64,000 nt of DNA from Mobula hypostoma (Eukaryota). Under the pieces are notes generated by a model. That model had not been told where the DNA came from. It saw nothing but the letters and a program-made list of their open reading frames with translations, and did not search any database. Below are positions 25,308 to 39,969 of the stretch, one piece after another; position 1 is the stretch's first letter, and each line of letters begins with the position of its first letter. The stretch spans positions 117,864,001-117,928,000 of the forward strand of contig NC_086108.1 of assembly GCF_963921235.1 (NCBI RefSeq), given 5' to 3'. Made by a program: the position numbers and the translations under genes.

Positions 25308-28300
25308 TAGACCATAAGACAAAGGAGCAGAATTAGGCCATTTGGCCCATCGAGTCTGCAATGCCATTCAATCGTGGCTGATCCTTCTTTTTCACCTCCC
25401 ATTCCCTGGACTTCTCCCAATAACATAGAACATAGAACATAGAATAGTACAGCACAGTACAGGTCCTTCGGCCCACAATGTTGTGCTGACCCTCAAACCC
25501 TGCCTCCCATATAAGCCCCCACCTTAAATTCCTCCATGTACCCGTGTAGTAGTCTCTTAAACTTCACTAGTGTATCTGCCTCCACCACTGACTCAGGCAG
25601 TGCATTCCACGCACCAACCACTCTCTGAGTAAAAAACCTTCCTCTAATATCCCCCTTGAACTTCCCACCCCTTACCTTAAAGCCATATCCTCTTGTATTG
25701 AGCAGTGGTGCCCTGGGGAAGACGCGCTGGCTATCCACTCTATCTATTCCTCTTATTATCTTGTACACCTCTATCATGTCTCTTCTCATCCTCCTTTTCT
25801 CCAAAGAGTAAAGCCCTAGCTCCCTTAATCTCTGATCATAATGCATACTCTCTAAACCAGGCAGCATCCTGGTAAATCTCCTCTGTACACTTTCCAATGC
25901 TTCCACATCCTTCCTATAGTGAGGCGACCAGAACTGGACACAGTACTCCAAGTGTGGCCTAACCAGAGTTCTATAGAGCTGCATCATTACATCACGACTC
26001 TTAAACTCTATCCCTCGACTTATGAAAGCTAACACCCCATAAGCTTTCTCAACTACCCTATCCACCTGTGAGGCAACTTTCAGGGATCTGTGGACATGTA
26101 CCCTGAGATCCCTCTGCTCCTCCACACTACCAAGTATCCTACCACTTACTTTGTACTCTGTCTTGGAGTTTGTCCTTCCAAAGTGTACAACCTCACAGTT
26201 CTCTGGGTTGAACTCCATCTGCCACTTCTCAGCCCACTACTGCATCCTATCAATGTCTCTCTGCAATCTTTGACAATCCTCTACACTATCTACAACACCA
26301 CCAACCTTTGTGTCATCTGCAAACTTGCCAACCCACCCTTCTACCCCCACATCCAGGTCATTAATAAAAATCACGAAAAGTAGAGGTCCCAGAACAGATC
26401 CTTGTGGGACACCACTAGTCACAATCCTCCAATCTGAATGTACCCCCTCCATTGATGCTTTGTCCAATCAAGAATCTACCAATCACTGGCTTAAAAGCAC
26501 CCAACAACCTGTCCTCCACAGCTACGTATGGTAACAAACGCCACAAATTCATCACCCTTTGGCTAAAGAAATTTCTTCACATCTCTGTTTTGAGAGAAGA
26601 AGAAGAAGATAGCCCTTAACTCCGAGTGGAGTCATCAGGAGGCCGTCTTGATGGTGTTTTTTTAGCAGGCTTTCTTACTTTTACAAGGCCTAGTTGCTAG
26701 CTTGATGCTCAACCCAGTACAGATGGAATGTGTGCAAGGGAGTCGGCTGGATTCGAACTTGGGAGCCTTCGCTCCAAAGTCCGGTGCTGATGCCACTATG
26801 CCACCAGCTGGCTACTGATTTGAAAGGATGCTCCTCTATCCTGAGGCTGAGCCCTTTTGTCCTAGACTCCCCATCATGGGAAACATCCTTTCCACATCTC
26901 CTCTGTCTAGGCCTTTCAAAAGGCTTCAATGAGATCCTCCCTCATCCTTCTGAATTCCAGTGAGAACAGGCACAGAGCCATCAATATTCTTCATATGCTA
27001 ATCCTTTCATTCCCAGAATCATCCTTGTGAACTGCCTCTGTACCTCTCCAATGCCAACACATCTTTTCTCAGATGAAGAGCCCAAAACTGTTCACAATAC
27101 TCAAGGTGAGGCCTCACCAGTGCCTTATAAAGCCCCAGTATCACATCCTTGCTCTTGTATTCTAGACCCCTTGAAATGAGTGCTCACATTGCATTTGCCT
27201 TCCTTACCACCGACTCAACCTGGAAGTTAACCTTCAGGGTGTTCTGCGCAAGGTCTCCCAAGTCCCTTTGTATCGCAGATTTTGGGATTTTTTTCCCCAT
27301 TTAGAAAATAGTCTGCACATTTACTTCTACTACCAAAGTGCATGACTATGCATTTTCCAACATTGTATTTCATTTGCCACTTTCTTGCCCATTCTCCTAA
27401 TCGGTCTAAGTTCTTTTGCATCCGACCTGTTTCGTCAACACTACCTACCCCTCCATCAATTTTTGTATCATCTACAAACCTGGCAACAAAGCCATCTATT
27501 CCATCATCTAAATCATTGATATACAGCATAAAAAGAAGTGATTCCAACACTGACTCCTGGTAGCCAACCAGGAAAGGATCCTTTTATTCCCACTCGCTGT
27601 CTCCTACCCATCAGCCAATGCTCTAACCATGTTAGTAACTTTCCTGTAATACCATGGGCTCTTAACTTGGTAAGCAGCCTCATCTGTGGCACCTTGTCAA
27701 AGGCCTTCTGAAAGTCCAAATATACAACATCCACTACATCCCCTTTATCTATCCTACTTGTAATCTCCTCAAACTATTCCAACAGGTTGAGCAAGATGTT
27801 CCCTTAAGGAAACCATGCTGACTTTTTCCTATGCTGTCTTGTGTCACCAAGTACTCCATAGCCTCATCTTGAACAATTGGCTCTAACATGTTCCTAATCA
27901 CTGAGGTCAGGCTAACTGGTCTGTAATTTTCTTTCTGTTGCCTTTCTCCTTTCTTAAAGAGTGAAGTGGCATTTTCAGATTTGCAGTCCTCTGGCACCAT
28001 GTCAGAGTTCAATGATTTTTGAAAGAGCATTACTAATGCTTCCACAATCTCCAGCACTACCTATTTCAGAACCTCAGAGTGCAGTTCACCTGGTGTGGTT
28101 GACTTATGTAGCCTTAGATCTTTCAGCTCACTGTGCACCTTCTCCCTTGGAATAGTAACTGCATTCATTTCTCATCCTTCACACACAACAATATCTGGCA
28201 CACTGCTAGTGTCTTTCACAGTGAAAGCTGTTGTAAACTACTTATTTAGTTCATCTGCCATCTTCTTGATGCCCATTACTATTTATCTGGCTTCATTTTC

Positions 28301-29945
28301 TAGTGGTTCTATATTCACTCTCATCTCTGTTTTATTTTTTACATAGCTGAAATAAGTTTTACTATGCACTTTGATATTGTTTGCCAGCTTTCTTTCATAT
28401 TTCATCTTTTCCCTTCTTTTAGTTGCTCTCTGTAGGGTTTTAAAAGTTTCCCAATTCTCTATCTTCCTGCTAATTTTTGCTTTGTTGTATGCCCTCTCTT
28501 TTGTTTTTATACTATCTTTGACTTCTCTTGTCAGCCATGTTTGTACTATTTTGTCATTTGAGTATATCTTCATTTTTGGAACACATCTATCCTGCACCTT
28601 CCTCATTTTCCCTAGAAGCACATGCCTTTGCTGCTCTGCTGACATCCCTGCCAGCATCTTCTTCCAGTTTACTTTGGCTAACTCCTCTCTCATACCACTT
28701 TAATTTCCCTTACTCCACTGAAATACTACTACATCAGGCTTTACTTTCTCCCTATCAAATTTCAAGTTGATCTCAATGATATTGTGATCACTGACGTCTA
28801 AGGTCTCTTTTACCTTAAACTCCCTAATCACATTTGGTTCATTACATAACACCCAATCAAGTAAAGCTGATCCCCCAGAAGGCTCAATAACAAACTGCTC
28901 TAAAAAGCCATTTTGTAGCATTTTAACAAACTGACTCTCTTGAGATCTATAACCAACCTGAATTTCCCAATCAACCTGCATGTTAAAATCTCCCACCACT
29001 ATCATAACATTGCCCCTTTCTATTTCCTATTGCAATCTGTGGTCCACCTCCTAGATACTGTTAGGAGGTTTGTACATAACTGCCATCAGGGTCCTTTTAC
29101 CTTTGTAGTTTCTTAACTCAACCCACAAGGATTTAACATCTTCTGATCTTAAGTCACATCTTTTTATTGATTTGATGCCATTCTTTACCAGCAGAGCCAC
29201 AGCACCCCTCTGCCTACCTTCCTATCCCTCCGATGTAACGTGTAACCTTGGACATTCAGTTCCTAACTACAACCATCCTTCAGCCACGATTCAGTGATGG
29301 CCACAGCATCACACCCGGCAATCTGTAATGGTGCACCAAGATCATCCACCTCGTTTCTTATACTCTGTGCATTAAGATATATCACTTTGAGTGCTGTATG
29401 TTTTACTCTTTTTGATTTTGCATCCCTAATGCACTGATTCTCACCTTGCTGGCTTCAGTTTTGTCCCATCACCTGCCTGCCTTTCCTGACAGTCTGACTG
29501 CATGCCATATTTGCTTTTTTACTAACCGTCCTTTCCTGAGTCCCTTCACTCTGATTCCCATCCCCCTGCCAAATTAGTTTAAACCCTCCTCAACAGCTCT
29601 AATGAACCTGCCCATGAGAATACTGGTCCCCCTCTAGTTCAGGCACAACCCGTCCCTTTTGTACAGGTCATACCTCCTCCAGAAGAGATCCCAATGATCT
29701 AAAAACCTGAAGCACTGCCCTCTGCACCAGCTTCTCAGCCACACATTTATCTGCCAGATCATCCTGTTTCTACCCTCACTAGCACATAGCAAGGATATCA
29801 GTTCAGAAAGTCCTATCCTGGAGGTCCTGCTTCTCAGTTTTGTTCCAGGCTCTCTAAATTCTATCTTCAGGACCTCATTGCTTTTCCTTCCTATGTCATT
29901 GGTACTAAAATGTACCAGGATATCTGGCTGCTCTCCCGCCCTCTC
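25308..29945 (-). mobile_element. Degraded CR1 (esterase-type ORF1 remnant + ORF2), with a nested younger CR1 (25421-26451) and a SINE
   Basis: ORF1 remnant QPDILVHFSTNDIG...DHWDLFW..YKRDGL; endonuclease GDFN; RT motifs. The nested copy has a 241-aa ORF and an (ATGTTCT)n tail. Confidence 0.9.
26594..26814 (-). mobile_element. tRNA-derived SINE with a (TTC)n tail
   Basis: A box TGGCATAGTGG, B box GTTCGAATCC; imperfect TSD CTGTTTTGA / CTGATTTGA. Confidence 0.85.
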
Positions 29946-29947
29946 TA

Positions 29948-31130
29948 AAGAGTAAAAGGGAGGTGAGAGTTGATATTGAACCACTGGAAAATGATGTGCG
30001 TAAGGTCGTAATGGGGACAAGGAAATGACAGGTGAACTTAATGGGTACTTTTCATCAGTCTTCACTGCGAGTGGGATTAATAAAGGTCTTTTCTGGTTGA
30101 CTGATGGTGACCAATGGTGTTCCTCAGGGGTTAGTATTGGGACTTTTACTTTTCACATTGTTTGTCAATGATTTAGATAATGGAATTGACAGCTTTAAAG
30201 CAAAGTTTGCAAATGATATTAAGATAGGTGGAGATGAAGATGGTGCTGAGGAAGCAATACAATTGCAGCAGGACTTAGTTAAATTGGAAGAATGGGCAAA
30301 AAGGTGGCAGATGGAATACAGGGTTGGGAAATGTATGATATTGCGTTTTGGTAAAAGGAACAATAGTGTGGACTATTATCTAAATGGGGAGAAAGTTCAA
30401 AATTCAGAGGTACAGTGGGACTTAGGAGCCCTCATGCAGAGTCCCAGAAAGTTAATTTCCAAGTCGAGCCTGTGGTAAAGAAGGCAAATGTAATGTTGGC
30501 ATTTATTTCAAGGAGAATAGAATATAAAAGCAAGAGATTATTCTGAGCCTTTATAAGATACTAGTCAGGCCGCACTTGCAGTATTGTCAACAGTTTTAGG
30601 CCATATCTCAGAAAGGATGTGTTGTCATTGGAGGGAGTCTAGTGGAAGTTCCAGAGGATGATTCTGGGAATGAAGGAGTTAACATATGAGGAGCGTTTGG
30701 CATCTTTGGGCCTGTACTCACTGGAATTTAGAAGATTGCATGAGCTCCCATTGAAACTCTCCAAATGTTGATAGGACTAGATAAGGTGGATGTGGAGAGG
30801 ATGTTTCCTTTGGTGGGAGTATCCAGAACTAGAGGGCACAGCCTCAAAACTGAGGGGCAACCTTTTAGAACAGAGGTAAGGAGGAATTTTTTTCGCCAGA
30901 GATTAGTAAATCTGCAGATTGCTCTGCCACAGACTGCAGTGGAGGCCAAACCCATGCTTATATATAAGGCAGAAATTGATCATTTCCTGACTGGTCAGGG
31001 CATTAAAGGATATGATGAGAAATCAGGTGTATGGGGTTGAGTGAGATCCGGGATCAGCCAGGATGGAATAGCAGAACAGACATGATGGGCAGAATGGCCT
31101 AATTCTGCTCCTATATCTTGTGGTCTTATG
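29948..31130 (+). mobile_element. Degraded CR1 RT and 3' end
   Basis: GVPQGLVLGLLLF, KFAND, and the CR1 3' UTR. Confidence 0.9.
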
Positions 31131-34100
31131 GCTCAAAGGGGTCCCTGCTCCTTCTTCCTAGGTCACTGGTAAGGAGTCTCAATAAGATGCGTCATGAAGT
31201 TAAGTGTAGCAACCCTTCATGTCAATGGCAGGAGGGGGGAATCTCCACAGATTCCATCAGCTCTGTCCTCTGGGACAGGAGGTATGCGGCAAGCTTCTTT
31301 CCGGAAACCCACACATTTCTAGGAGACAAATCCACCTGGCTCCTAGAATGGCGAACAACTTGGGAGTCTGGCTATGGCCAACCAATGAATATCCGCTCTT
31401 CAGGGATGAGTGCCAGAGGAAGAAGGAATTGCTGACGCACCTGCAGCTTGAGAGGTCCCAAGGCACTTTTGCGAGGTTGTGTGTCCGGATGCTACAGGCC
31501 CATCTATTCTCTCTTAAAGGTGAGGAGTGTCCGCAGGCAGCTCCTGGAGCTGCAGGCGGAGGATGGCACCCCCGTCACAGATCCAGCCAGAATTGTTGTG
31601 GAAGTCCATTTCTTTTATGAGGCTCTATTCTCGCCGGACCTGTGCAGTGAGGATGCACAATGGACTCTGTAGGACAACTTGTTTAGCACTGGGGGTGCTG
31701 AGCAGCTAGATGCTCCACTATCTTTGGAGGAGCTGACCAGTGCTCTCAACCAACTACAGAGAGGCAAATCCCCAAGGGCTGGATGGACTGACAGTGGAAT
31801 TCCTCCAGGCCTTCTGGGACATGCTAAGGGTTGATGAAACCAGGGTACTGGGGAAAGCCTAGCGACAGGTGAAATTCCACATTCATGGCACAGAGCAGAT
31901 GTAGCCCTGCTACCAAAAAAAGCAGGATGTTTGTTGCCTAATTAATTGGCACCCAGTATCTTTCCTCAGTGTGGAATATAAGATCTTTGGCCAGGCGCTG
32001 GCTAATTATCTGGGCCCTGTGCTGGCTTGAGTCCACACTGACCAGTGCTAGACGGCATGACGACATTCGATCTAAAATCCACCTCGTCCAGGACATGATT
32101 CACTGGTCCCATGAGGCTGGTCTGTCAGTCACCTTTCACTCCCTTGACCAAGAGAAGGCATTTGACAGGGTGGACCATGAGTACCTTTTTTTGGACTCTG
32201 CACGTGTTTGTGCTGAGGCTGCATTTTGTGACCTGCATCCAGCTGTTGTACGCTGGGGTGGAGTGCCTTAGAAACGTAGAAACATAGAAAACATACAGCA
32301 CAATACAGACCCTTTGGCCCACAAAGCTGTGCCGAACATGTCCCTACCTTAGAACTACCTAGGGTTAACCCATAGCGCTCTATTTTTCTAAGCTCCATGT
32401 AGCCATCTAGGAGTCTCTTAAAAGACCCTATCGTTTCCGCCTCCACCACCGCCGCCGACAGCCCATTCCACAAACTCACCACTCTCTGCGTAAAAAACTT
32501 ACCCCTGACATCTCCTTTGTACCTACCTCTAAGCACCTTAAAACTATGCCCTCTCGTGCTAGCCAATACAGCCCTGGGGAAAAGCCTCTGACTATCCACA
32601 CGATCAATGACTCTCATTATCTTGTACACCTCTATCAAGTCATCTCTCATCCTCCATCGCTCCAAGGAGAAAAGGCCAAGTTCACTCAATTCCTTCTCAT
32701 AAGTAATGTTCCCCAATTCAGGCAACATTCTTGTAAATCTCCTCTGCACCCTTTCTATGATTTCCACGTCCTTCCTATAGTGAGGTGACCAGAATTGAGC
32801 ACAGTCCTCCAAGTGGGGTCTGACCAGGGTCCTATATGGCTATATAGCTGCCTTGTTAACGTCAACAGGTCCTTGACAGCACACTTGCACTTTTGGAGGG
32901 GGATTCAGCAAGGGTGCCAATATCCATGAGACCATAATATATAGGAGTAGAATTAGGCCATTTGGCCCATTGAGTCTGCTCCGCCATTTCATCGTGGCTG
33001 ATCTATTTTTCCTCTTTGCCCCAATCTTCTGCCTTCTCCCCATATCCCTTCATGCCCTTACCAATCAAGAACCTATCAGCCTCTGCTTTAAATATACTAA
33101 ATGACTTGGCCTCTACAGCTGCCTGTGGCAGCAAATTCCACAGATTCACCCCTCTCTGGCTAAAGAAATTCCTCCTCATCTCCTTTCCAGAAGAACACTC
33201 CTTTACTCTGAGACTGTGTCCTCAGGTCTTAGACTCCCCCACTAGAGGAAACATCTTCTCTGCCTGGTTCCGATTCCGTCATGGTGAATGCCGAGGAGGG
33301 TCCCGGCTGTGCTAACAGTTGGTCAGCTGGAGTTGCTCATCAGACCCAAGGCCTGACATACCTCTTGGGAGAGGGTGGCACATATTGTGAGCTGACTTGC
33401 GGTGATGCCCACTGTGCCCCTCCAAGACACGTCAAGGCGGTTCCTGTACAGGCTGCTCCTGCATACCTTTCACTTCCTTGCCTTCATCTGCTGACCGGAC
33501 TCCTATTTCTTATGTTCTTATTATTATGGGCGCTCCCCAGTGGAAATCTCTTTAGGCAGGATCCTTCCCCTGTGAATTAGGGACCTGGGGTGGAAGCTGT
33601 TGCACAGGGCTGTACCATGCAACAGGTTTTTAAGTCAGTTCACTGACACCCTGTCTACTTGTCTATTCTCTGACTGGGAGGAGTCAATATACCACATTTA
33701 TATGGAATGTGAGAGGTCGCAGCCCCTATTTGAATATCTGAAGGAGCTGCTTCTCAGGTTTTGGTTACATTTCAGTGCCATTCTCCTGATATATAGACAC
33801 CCAGTTCAGAAGGGGGCAGGTTGCTCAAAGGATCTCCTGGTTAGCTTGCTCCAAGGCCTGGCCAAGAGGACCATTCACAGGTTCAGGGAGCAGACAGTCA
33901 AGGGCTCTGCCCAGACAGACTGCCTACCTCTCTTCCAGAGATACGTTTGTACCTGGGTATCTTTGAAGAAGGAGCATGCAGTCACCATGGGTAAAGTGGG
34001 TGATTCCAGGAATGGTAGGCCCCCTCCCCAAGGGAATTAACTGTTTTGTAGACAGTAGTAAGCTTATTTTAATTTGAATTTGTTCTCTGACTAGTAAATG

Positions 34101-34140
34101 TTTGATGTTTGTATTTTGTGTATCTTTGGGGAAAAAAATG
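31131..34140 (+). mobile_element. Tx1/L1-clade ORF2 remnant, split by two CR1 3' ends (32270-32848 and about 32928-33262, both minus)
   Basis: LEELTSALNQLQRGKSP/GLDGLTVEF, NWHPVSFL, SLDQEKAFDRVDHEYL, RGIQQGC, and a C-terminal C..ES..H....C.R..PLF..L region. Confidence 0.85.
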
Positions 34141-34197
34141 GGTCTGTGTTGAAGGAAAGTCACACTGTTAGTGGCAGTATTGAGGAATGGTTATAAA

Positions 34198-34370
34198 TAC
34201 ACAGTAAGAGATTCTGCAGATGCCGGAAATCTAGAGCATCACACACCAAAATTTCGGAGGAACTCAGCAGGTCAGGCAGCATCAATGGAATTAACAAAAC
34301 AGCTGATATTACAGGACAGGACCCTTCATCGGGACTGGAAAGGAAGGGTGAGGATGCCAGAATAAAAAGG
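34198..34370 (-). mobile_element. Old PLE terminal-repeat fragment
   Basis: ttctgcagatgccggaaatct...aactcagcaggtcaggcagcatc, with a degenerate hammerhead. Confidence 0.7.
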
Positions 34371-34419
34371 TGCCAATTTTCAGCCCATTTTTACAACTGG
34401 TCTAGATACCACTGCAAGC

Positions 34420-37215
34420 TCTGATAGGTAGTGATAGGGGGCTCAGTAGTCAGAGGTACAGACAGAAGGTTCTATGGATGTGAATCGCACACCCAGATGG
34501 TGTGTTGCCTCCCAGGTGCCAGGATTAGGGACATCTCGGTTAGCGTCTACAGCATTTTACAGAGGGAGGGTGAGCCAGATGTCTTGGTACATATTGGTAC
34601 CACTGATATTGGAAGGAAAAGCAAAGAGGTCCTGAAGAGAGAATTTAGAGAGCTCGGCAGAAAGCTGAGAAGCAGGACCTCCAGGGTTGTAATTTCTCGA
34701 TTGCTGCCTGTGCCACACGCCATAGGAAGATGTTGAATTCTTGAGGGTTGAGTTAAGAAGCTGCAAGTCTAAAAGGACCCTGATAGCAGTTATATACAGG
34801 CCTTCCAACAGTTTCTGAGTTGTGGACCACAGATTACAACGGGAAATAGAAAAGGCGAGTCAAAAGGGCAATGATATGATAGTCATGGGATATTTTAACA
34901 TGCAGGTCGATTGGGAAAATCAGGTTGGTAATGGAACTTAGGAGAGTCAGTTTGTTGAATTCCTATGAGATGTTTTTTTTTCAAGGAGCCTACTATGGCG
35001 TTAGCTGTACTGGATTGGCTGTTATGTAATGAACCAGAGGCGATTATGGAGCTTAACATTAAGGAACCCTTGGAAGTCAGTGATGCTTGAGTTCAACTTG
35101 AAATTTGTTGGGGAGAAAGTAAAGTCTGATGCAGTGGTATTTCAGTGGAGCAAAGGAAATTACACTGGTAATATAGAGCAGTTAGCCAAAGTAAATTGGA
35201 AGGAGATGCCGTCAGGGATGACAGCAGAGCAGCTGTAAAAATGGTAAAAATGAGGAAGGTGCTGAATAGATATATTCCAAAAACAAAGAATACTCAAATG
35301 GCAAAATACTACAACCATGGCTGAGAAGGGAAGTCAAAGCTAATGTAAAAGCAATAGAGAGGGCATAAAACAAAGCAAAAATTAGCAGGAATACAGAGAA
35401 TTGGGAAGCTTTTTAAAAACCTGCAGAGAGCAACAAAAAGAATCATTAGGAGGGAAAAGATGAAATATGAAAGCAAGCTAGCAAACAATATCAAAGTGGA
35501 TAGTTAAAGCTTTTTCAAGTCTGTAAAAAATAAATGAGAGTGGAAGACCTCCAGAAAATAAGGCCAAAGAAACAATATTCTGGGACAAGGAGATGGCAGA
35601 TAAACTAAATTAGTATCCCTGGGATTGTGCCAGATGTTGAAGGGTGTGAGGGAAGAGAAGTGAATACAGTTACTATTACCAGGGAGAAGGTGTTCAAAAG
35701 GCTGAATGACTTGAGGGTACATAAGTCACTTTACCAGATGAACTGTGCCCTAGTGTTCTAAAAGAGGTAGCATTAGATATTGTGGAGGCATTAGATATGA
35801 TCTTTCAAAATTGATTTGACCCTGGCATGGTGCCAGAGGACTGGAAAATTGCAAATGCCACTCCACTCTTTAAGAAAAGAGGAAAGCAGCAGAAAAAAAT
35901 TATAAACCAGTAAGCTTGACCTGAGTGGTTGGGAAGATGTTGGAGACAATCGTTAATGATAAGGTTATGGAGTACTTGGTGACACAGGACAAGATAGGGC
36001 AAAGTCAGCATGATTTCCTTAAGGAAATACCTTGCCTGAGGAACCTGTTGGAATTTTTTGAGATTACAAGTAGGATAGATAAAGGGGATGCAGTGGATGT
36101 TGTATATTTGGACTTTCAGAAGGCCTTTGACAAGGTGCCACACATGAGTCTGCTTACCAAGATAAGAGCCAATGGTATTACAGGAAAGTTACTAGTGTGG
36201 TTAGAGCATTGGCTGATTGGTGGGACGCAGCGAGTGGGAATACAAGGATCCTTTTCTGGTTGGCTGCCAGTGACTAGTGGTGTTCCGTAGGTTTCAGTGT
36301 TGGGACCACTTCATTTTATGCTATATGTAAATGATTTAGATGATGGAATAGATGGCTTTGTTGCCAAGTTTGCAGCTGTTATGAAGATTGGTGGAGGGGC
36401 AGGTAGTGTTGAGGAAACAGGGAGGCTGCAGAAGGATTTAGACAGATTAGGTAAGTGGGCAAGAAAGTGGCAAACGCAATACAATCTTAGAAAATGCATG
36501 ATTATGCATTTTGGTTTTAGAAATAAATGTGCAGACTATTTTCTAAATGGAAAGGAAAAAACAAAAAATTGAAAACCAAAGGAACTTGGGAGTCCTTATG
36601 CAGAACACCCTTAATGTTAACTTGCAGATTGAGTCGGTGGTGAGGAAGACAAATGCCATGTTAGCATTCATTTCAAAAGGTCTAGAATACAAGAGCAGGG
36701 ATGTGATGCTGAGGCTTTATAAGGCACTGGTGAGGCCTCACCTTGAGTATTGTGAACAGTTTTGGGCACTTCATCTAAGAAAAGATGTGCTACCATTGGA
36801 GAGGGTTCAGAGGAGGTTCACAAGGATGATTCCGGGAATGAAAGGATTATCATACGAGGAATGTTTGATGGCTCTGGGTCTGTACTCACTGGAATTAGAA
36901 GGATGAGGGACATCTCATTGAAACGTTTTAAATGTTGAAAGGCCTAGACAGAGTAGATGTGGATAGGATGTTTCCCATGGTGGGGGAGTCTAGGGCAAGA
37001 GAGCACAGCCTCAGGATAGAAGGGCATCCATTCAAAACAGAGATGCAGAGAAATTTCTTTAGCCAGAATAAGTGAATTTGTGGAATATGTTACCACAGGG
37101 ATCTGTGGAGGCCAGGTTGTTAGGTGTATTTAAGGTAGAGCTCGATAGGTTCTTGATTGGACACAACACAAAGGTTCTGGGAAGAAGGCTGGGGAGTGGG
37201 GCTTGGGCTGAGGAT
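34420..37215 (+). mobile_element. Degraded CR1 (esterase ORF1 remnant, endonuclease, RT)
   Basis: VIGGSVVRGTDRRF..VCCLPGARIRD..VHIGTTD; DFQKAFDKVPH; RPHLEYC. Confidence 0.9.
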
Positions 37216-39370
37216 CCTTGCAGGATTCTACTAGTCACAGGCCTCCATGCAACAATCTAGTATCACTCTCTAGCTTCTCCCACAAAGCCAGTGTTGAATC
37301 CAATTCACTGTCTCATCTTCAATGCCAAGCAACTGAACCTGCTTGACCAATCTCCATGTGGGACCTTGTCAAATGCCTTGCTGAACTCCACAGAAACAAC
37401 ACCCATTGCCTTGCCTCCATCAACTTTCCTGATAACTTCTTCAAATAACTCTATAAAATTGGTTAGACATGACCTAACATGCACAAAGCCATGATGACTA
37501 TTCTTAATCAGTCTATGTCTATCCAAATAGAAGCATAGAAACATAGAAAACCTACAGCACAATACAGGCCCTTCGGCCCACAAAGTTGTGCCGAACATAT
37601 CCTTCCCTTAGAAATTACCTAGAGTTATCCATAGTCCTCTATTTTTTTGAACTCCATTTACCTGTCCAGGAGTCTCTTAAAACACCCTATCGCATCCGCT
37701 CTCTGCGTAAAAAACTTACCCCTGACATCTCCTCTGTACCTACTTCCAAACACCTTAAAACTATGCCCTCTTGTACTAACTATTTCAGCCCTGGGAAAAA
37801 GTCTCTGACTATCCACACGATCAATGCCTCTCATTATCTTGTACACCACTATCAGGTCACGTCTCATCCTCTGTCGCTCCAAGGAGAAAAGGCCGAGTTC
37901 ACTCAACCTCTTTTCATAAAACATGCTCCCCAATCCAGGCAACATCCTTGTAAATCTCCTCTGCAATGTTTCTGTGGTTTCCACATCCTTCCTGTAGTAA
38001 GGTGACCGGAACTGAGCACAGTACTCCAAGTGGAGTCTGACCAAGGTCCTATATAGCTGCAACATTACCTCTTGGCTCCTAAACTCAATCCCACAATTGA
38101 TGAAGGCCAAAGCACCGTATGCCTTCTGAACCACAGAGTCAACCTGCGCAGCAGCTTTGAGAATCCTATGGAGACGGACCCCAAGATACCTCTGATCTTC
38201 TACAGTGCTATTCTTACCATTAATACTATATTCTGCCGTCATATTTGACCTACCAAAATGAACCACCTCATACTTTTCTGGGTTGAACACCATCTGCCAC
38301 TTCTCAGCCCAGTTTTGAATCCTATCGATGTCCCGCTGTAACCTCTGACAGCCTTCCACACTATCCACAACACCCCCAACCTTTGTGTCATCAGCAAACT
38401 TACTAACCCATCCCTCCACTTCTTCATCCAGGTCATTTATAAAAATCACGAAGAGTAAGGGTTCCAGAACAGATCCCTGAGGCACTCCACTGGTCACCGG
38501 CCTCCATGCAGGACATGACCAGTCTACAACCACTCTTTGCCTTCTGTGGGCAAGCCAGTTCTGGATCCACAAAGCAATGTTCCCTTGGATCCCATGCCTC
38601 CTCACCTTCTCAATAAACCTTGCATGGGGTACCTTGTCAAATGCCTTGCTGAAATTCATATACACTACATCTACTCCTCTACCTTCTTAAATGTGTTTAG
38701 TCACATCCTCAAAAAATTCAATCAGGCTCGTAAGACACAACCTGCCTTTCACAAAGCCATGCTGACTATTCTTAATCATATTATGCCTCTCCAAATGTTC
38801 ATAAATCCTGCCTCTCAGGATCTTCTCCATCAACTTACCAACCACTGAAGTAAGACTCGCTGATCTATAATTTCCTGGGCTATCTCTACTCCTTTACTTT
38901 AATAAGGGAACAACATCCGCACCCCTCCGATCCTCCAGAACCTCTCCCGTCCCCATTGATGATGCAAAGATCATCAGCAGAGGCTCAGCAATCTCCTTCC
39001 TCGCCTCCCACAGTAGCCTGGGGTACATCTCATCTGGTCCCAGTGACTTACCTAACTTGATATTTTCTGAAATTTCCTGCACATCCTCTTTCTTAATATC
39101 TACATGCTCAAGCTTTTCAGTCCACTGTAAGTCATCTCTACAATTGCCAAGATCCTTTTCCGTAGTGAATACTGAAGCAAAGTACTCTGCTATCTCCTCT
39201 GGCTCATACATACTTTTCCACTGTCACTCTTGATTGGTCCTATTCTCTCATGTCTTATTCTCTTGCTCTTCACGTACTTGTAGAATGCTACTTGGGGTTT
39301 TCCTTAATCCTGTCCGCCAAGGTCTTCTCATGTCCACTTCTGGCTCTCCTAATTTCTTTCTTAAACTCCT
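37216..39370 (-). mobile_element. CR1 RT copies on the minus strand (main copy 37527-39370)
   Basis: 335-aa ORF 37658-38665 with KFADD; tail at 37527. Confidence 0.92.
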
Positions 39371-39969
39371 TGGGGTTGAGATTGCAAAGGGGGCTGAAAA
39401 AGGAATGTAATAAGGGTAATGACACAATTGAAACGGGGGACTTAAATATGCAAGGAGATTGGGAAAATCAGTTTGGCTTTGAATTGCAAGGGAGGAAATT
39501 TGTTGAATGCTCACAAGATTGCTTTTTAGAGTAGCTTGTGCTTGAGCCTACTTGGGGAAAGGCTAACTTAGGTTGGGTTTTGTGTAAAAACCCAGATCTT
39601 ATTAGGGAAATGTAAAGGAACCCTTAGGAGGCAGTGATCATAATATGATTGAATTCATACTGCAGTTTGAGAGGGAGAAGCACAAGTCACATGCATCAGT
39701 ATGGCAATTTAATAAAGGGAATTACAGAGGCTTGAGAGAGGAGCTTGTCAAGGTGGATTGGAGGAGGATACTGGCAGGGATGAAGGCAGAGCAGAGGAAG
39801 CTTAACTTTCTAGAAACAGCTCACAAGGCGCAGGATAGATATATTCCACAGAGAAGGAAGTTCTCAAATGGCAGGGGTAGGCAACCGTGGCGGACAAAGA
39901 AGTTAAGGACTGCGTAAAGGCCAAGGAAAGGGCATAAAAGGTAGCAAAAGTGAATGGGAATTTGGATGA

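Noticed and set aside
26615..26640. CTGATGA + hairpin CTCC-ACTC-GGAG in a SINE tail (minus strand) as a hammerhead
   Set aside because: The hairpin is followed by TTAA rather than GAAA, and no NUH site or helix I is evident. More likely a LINE-type 3' stem-loop.
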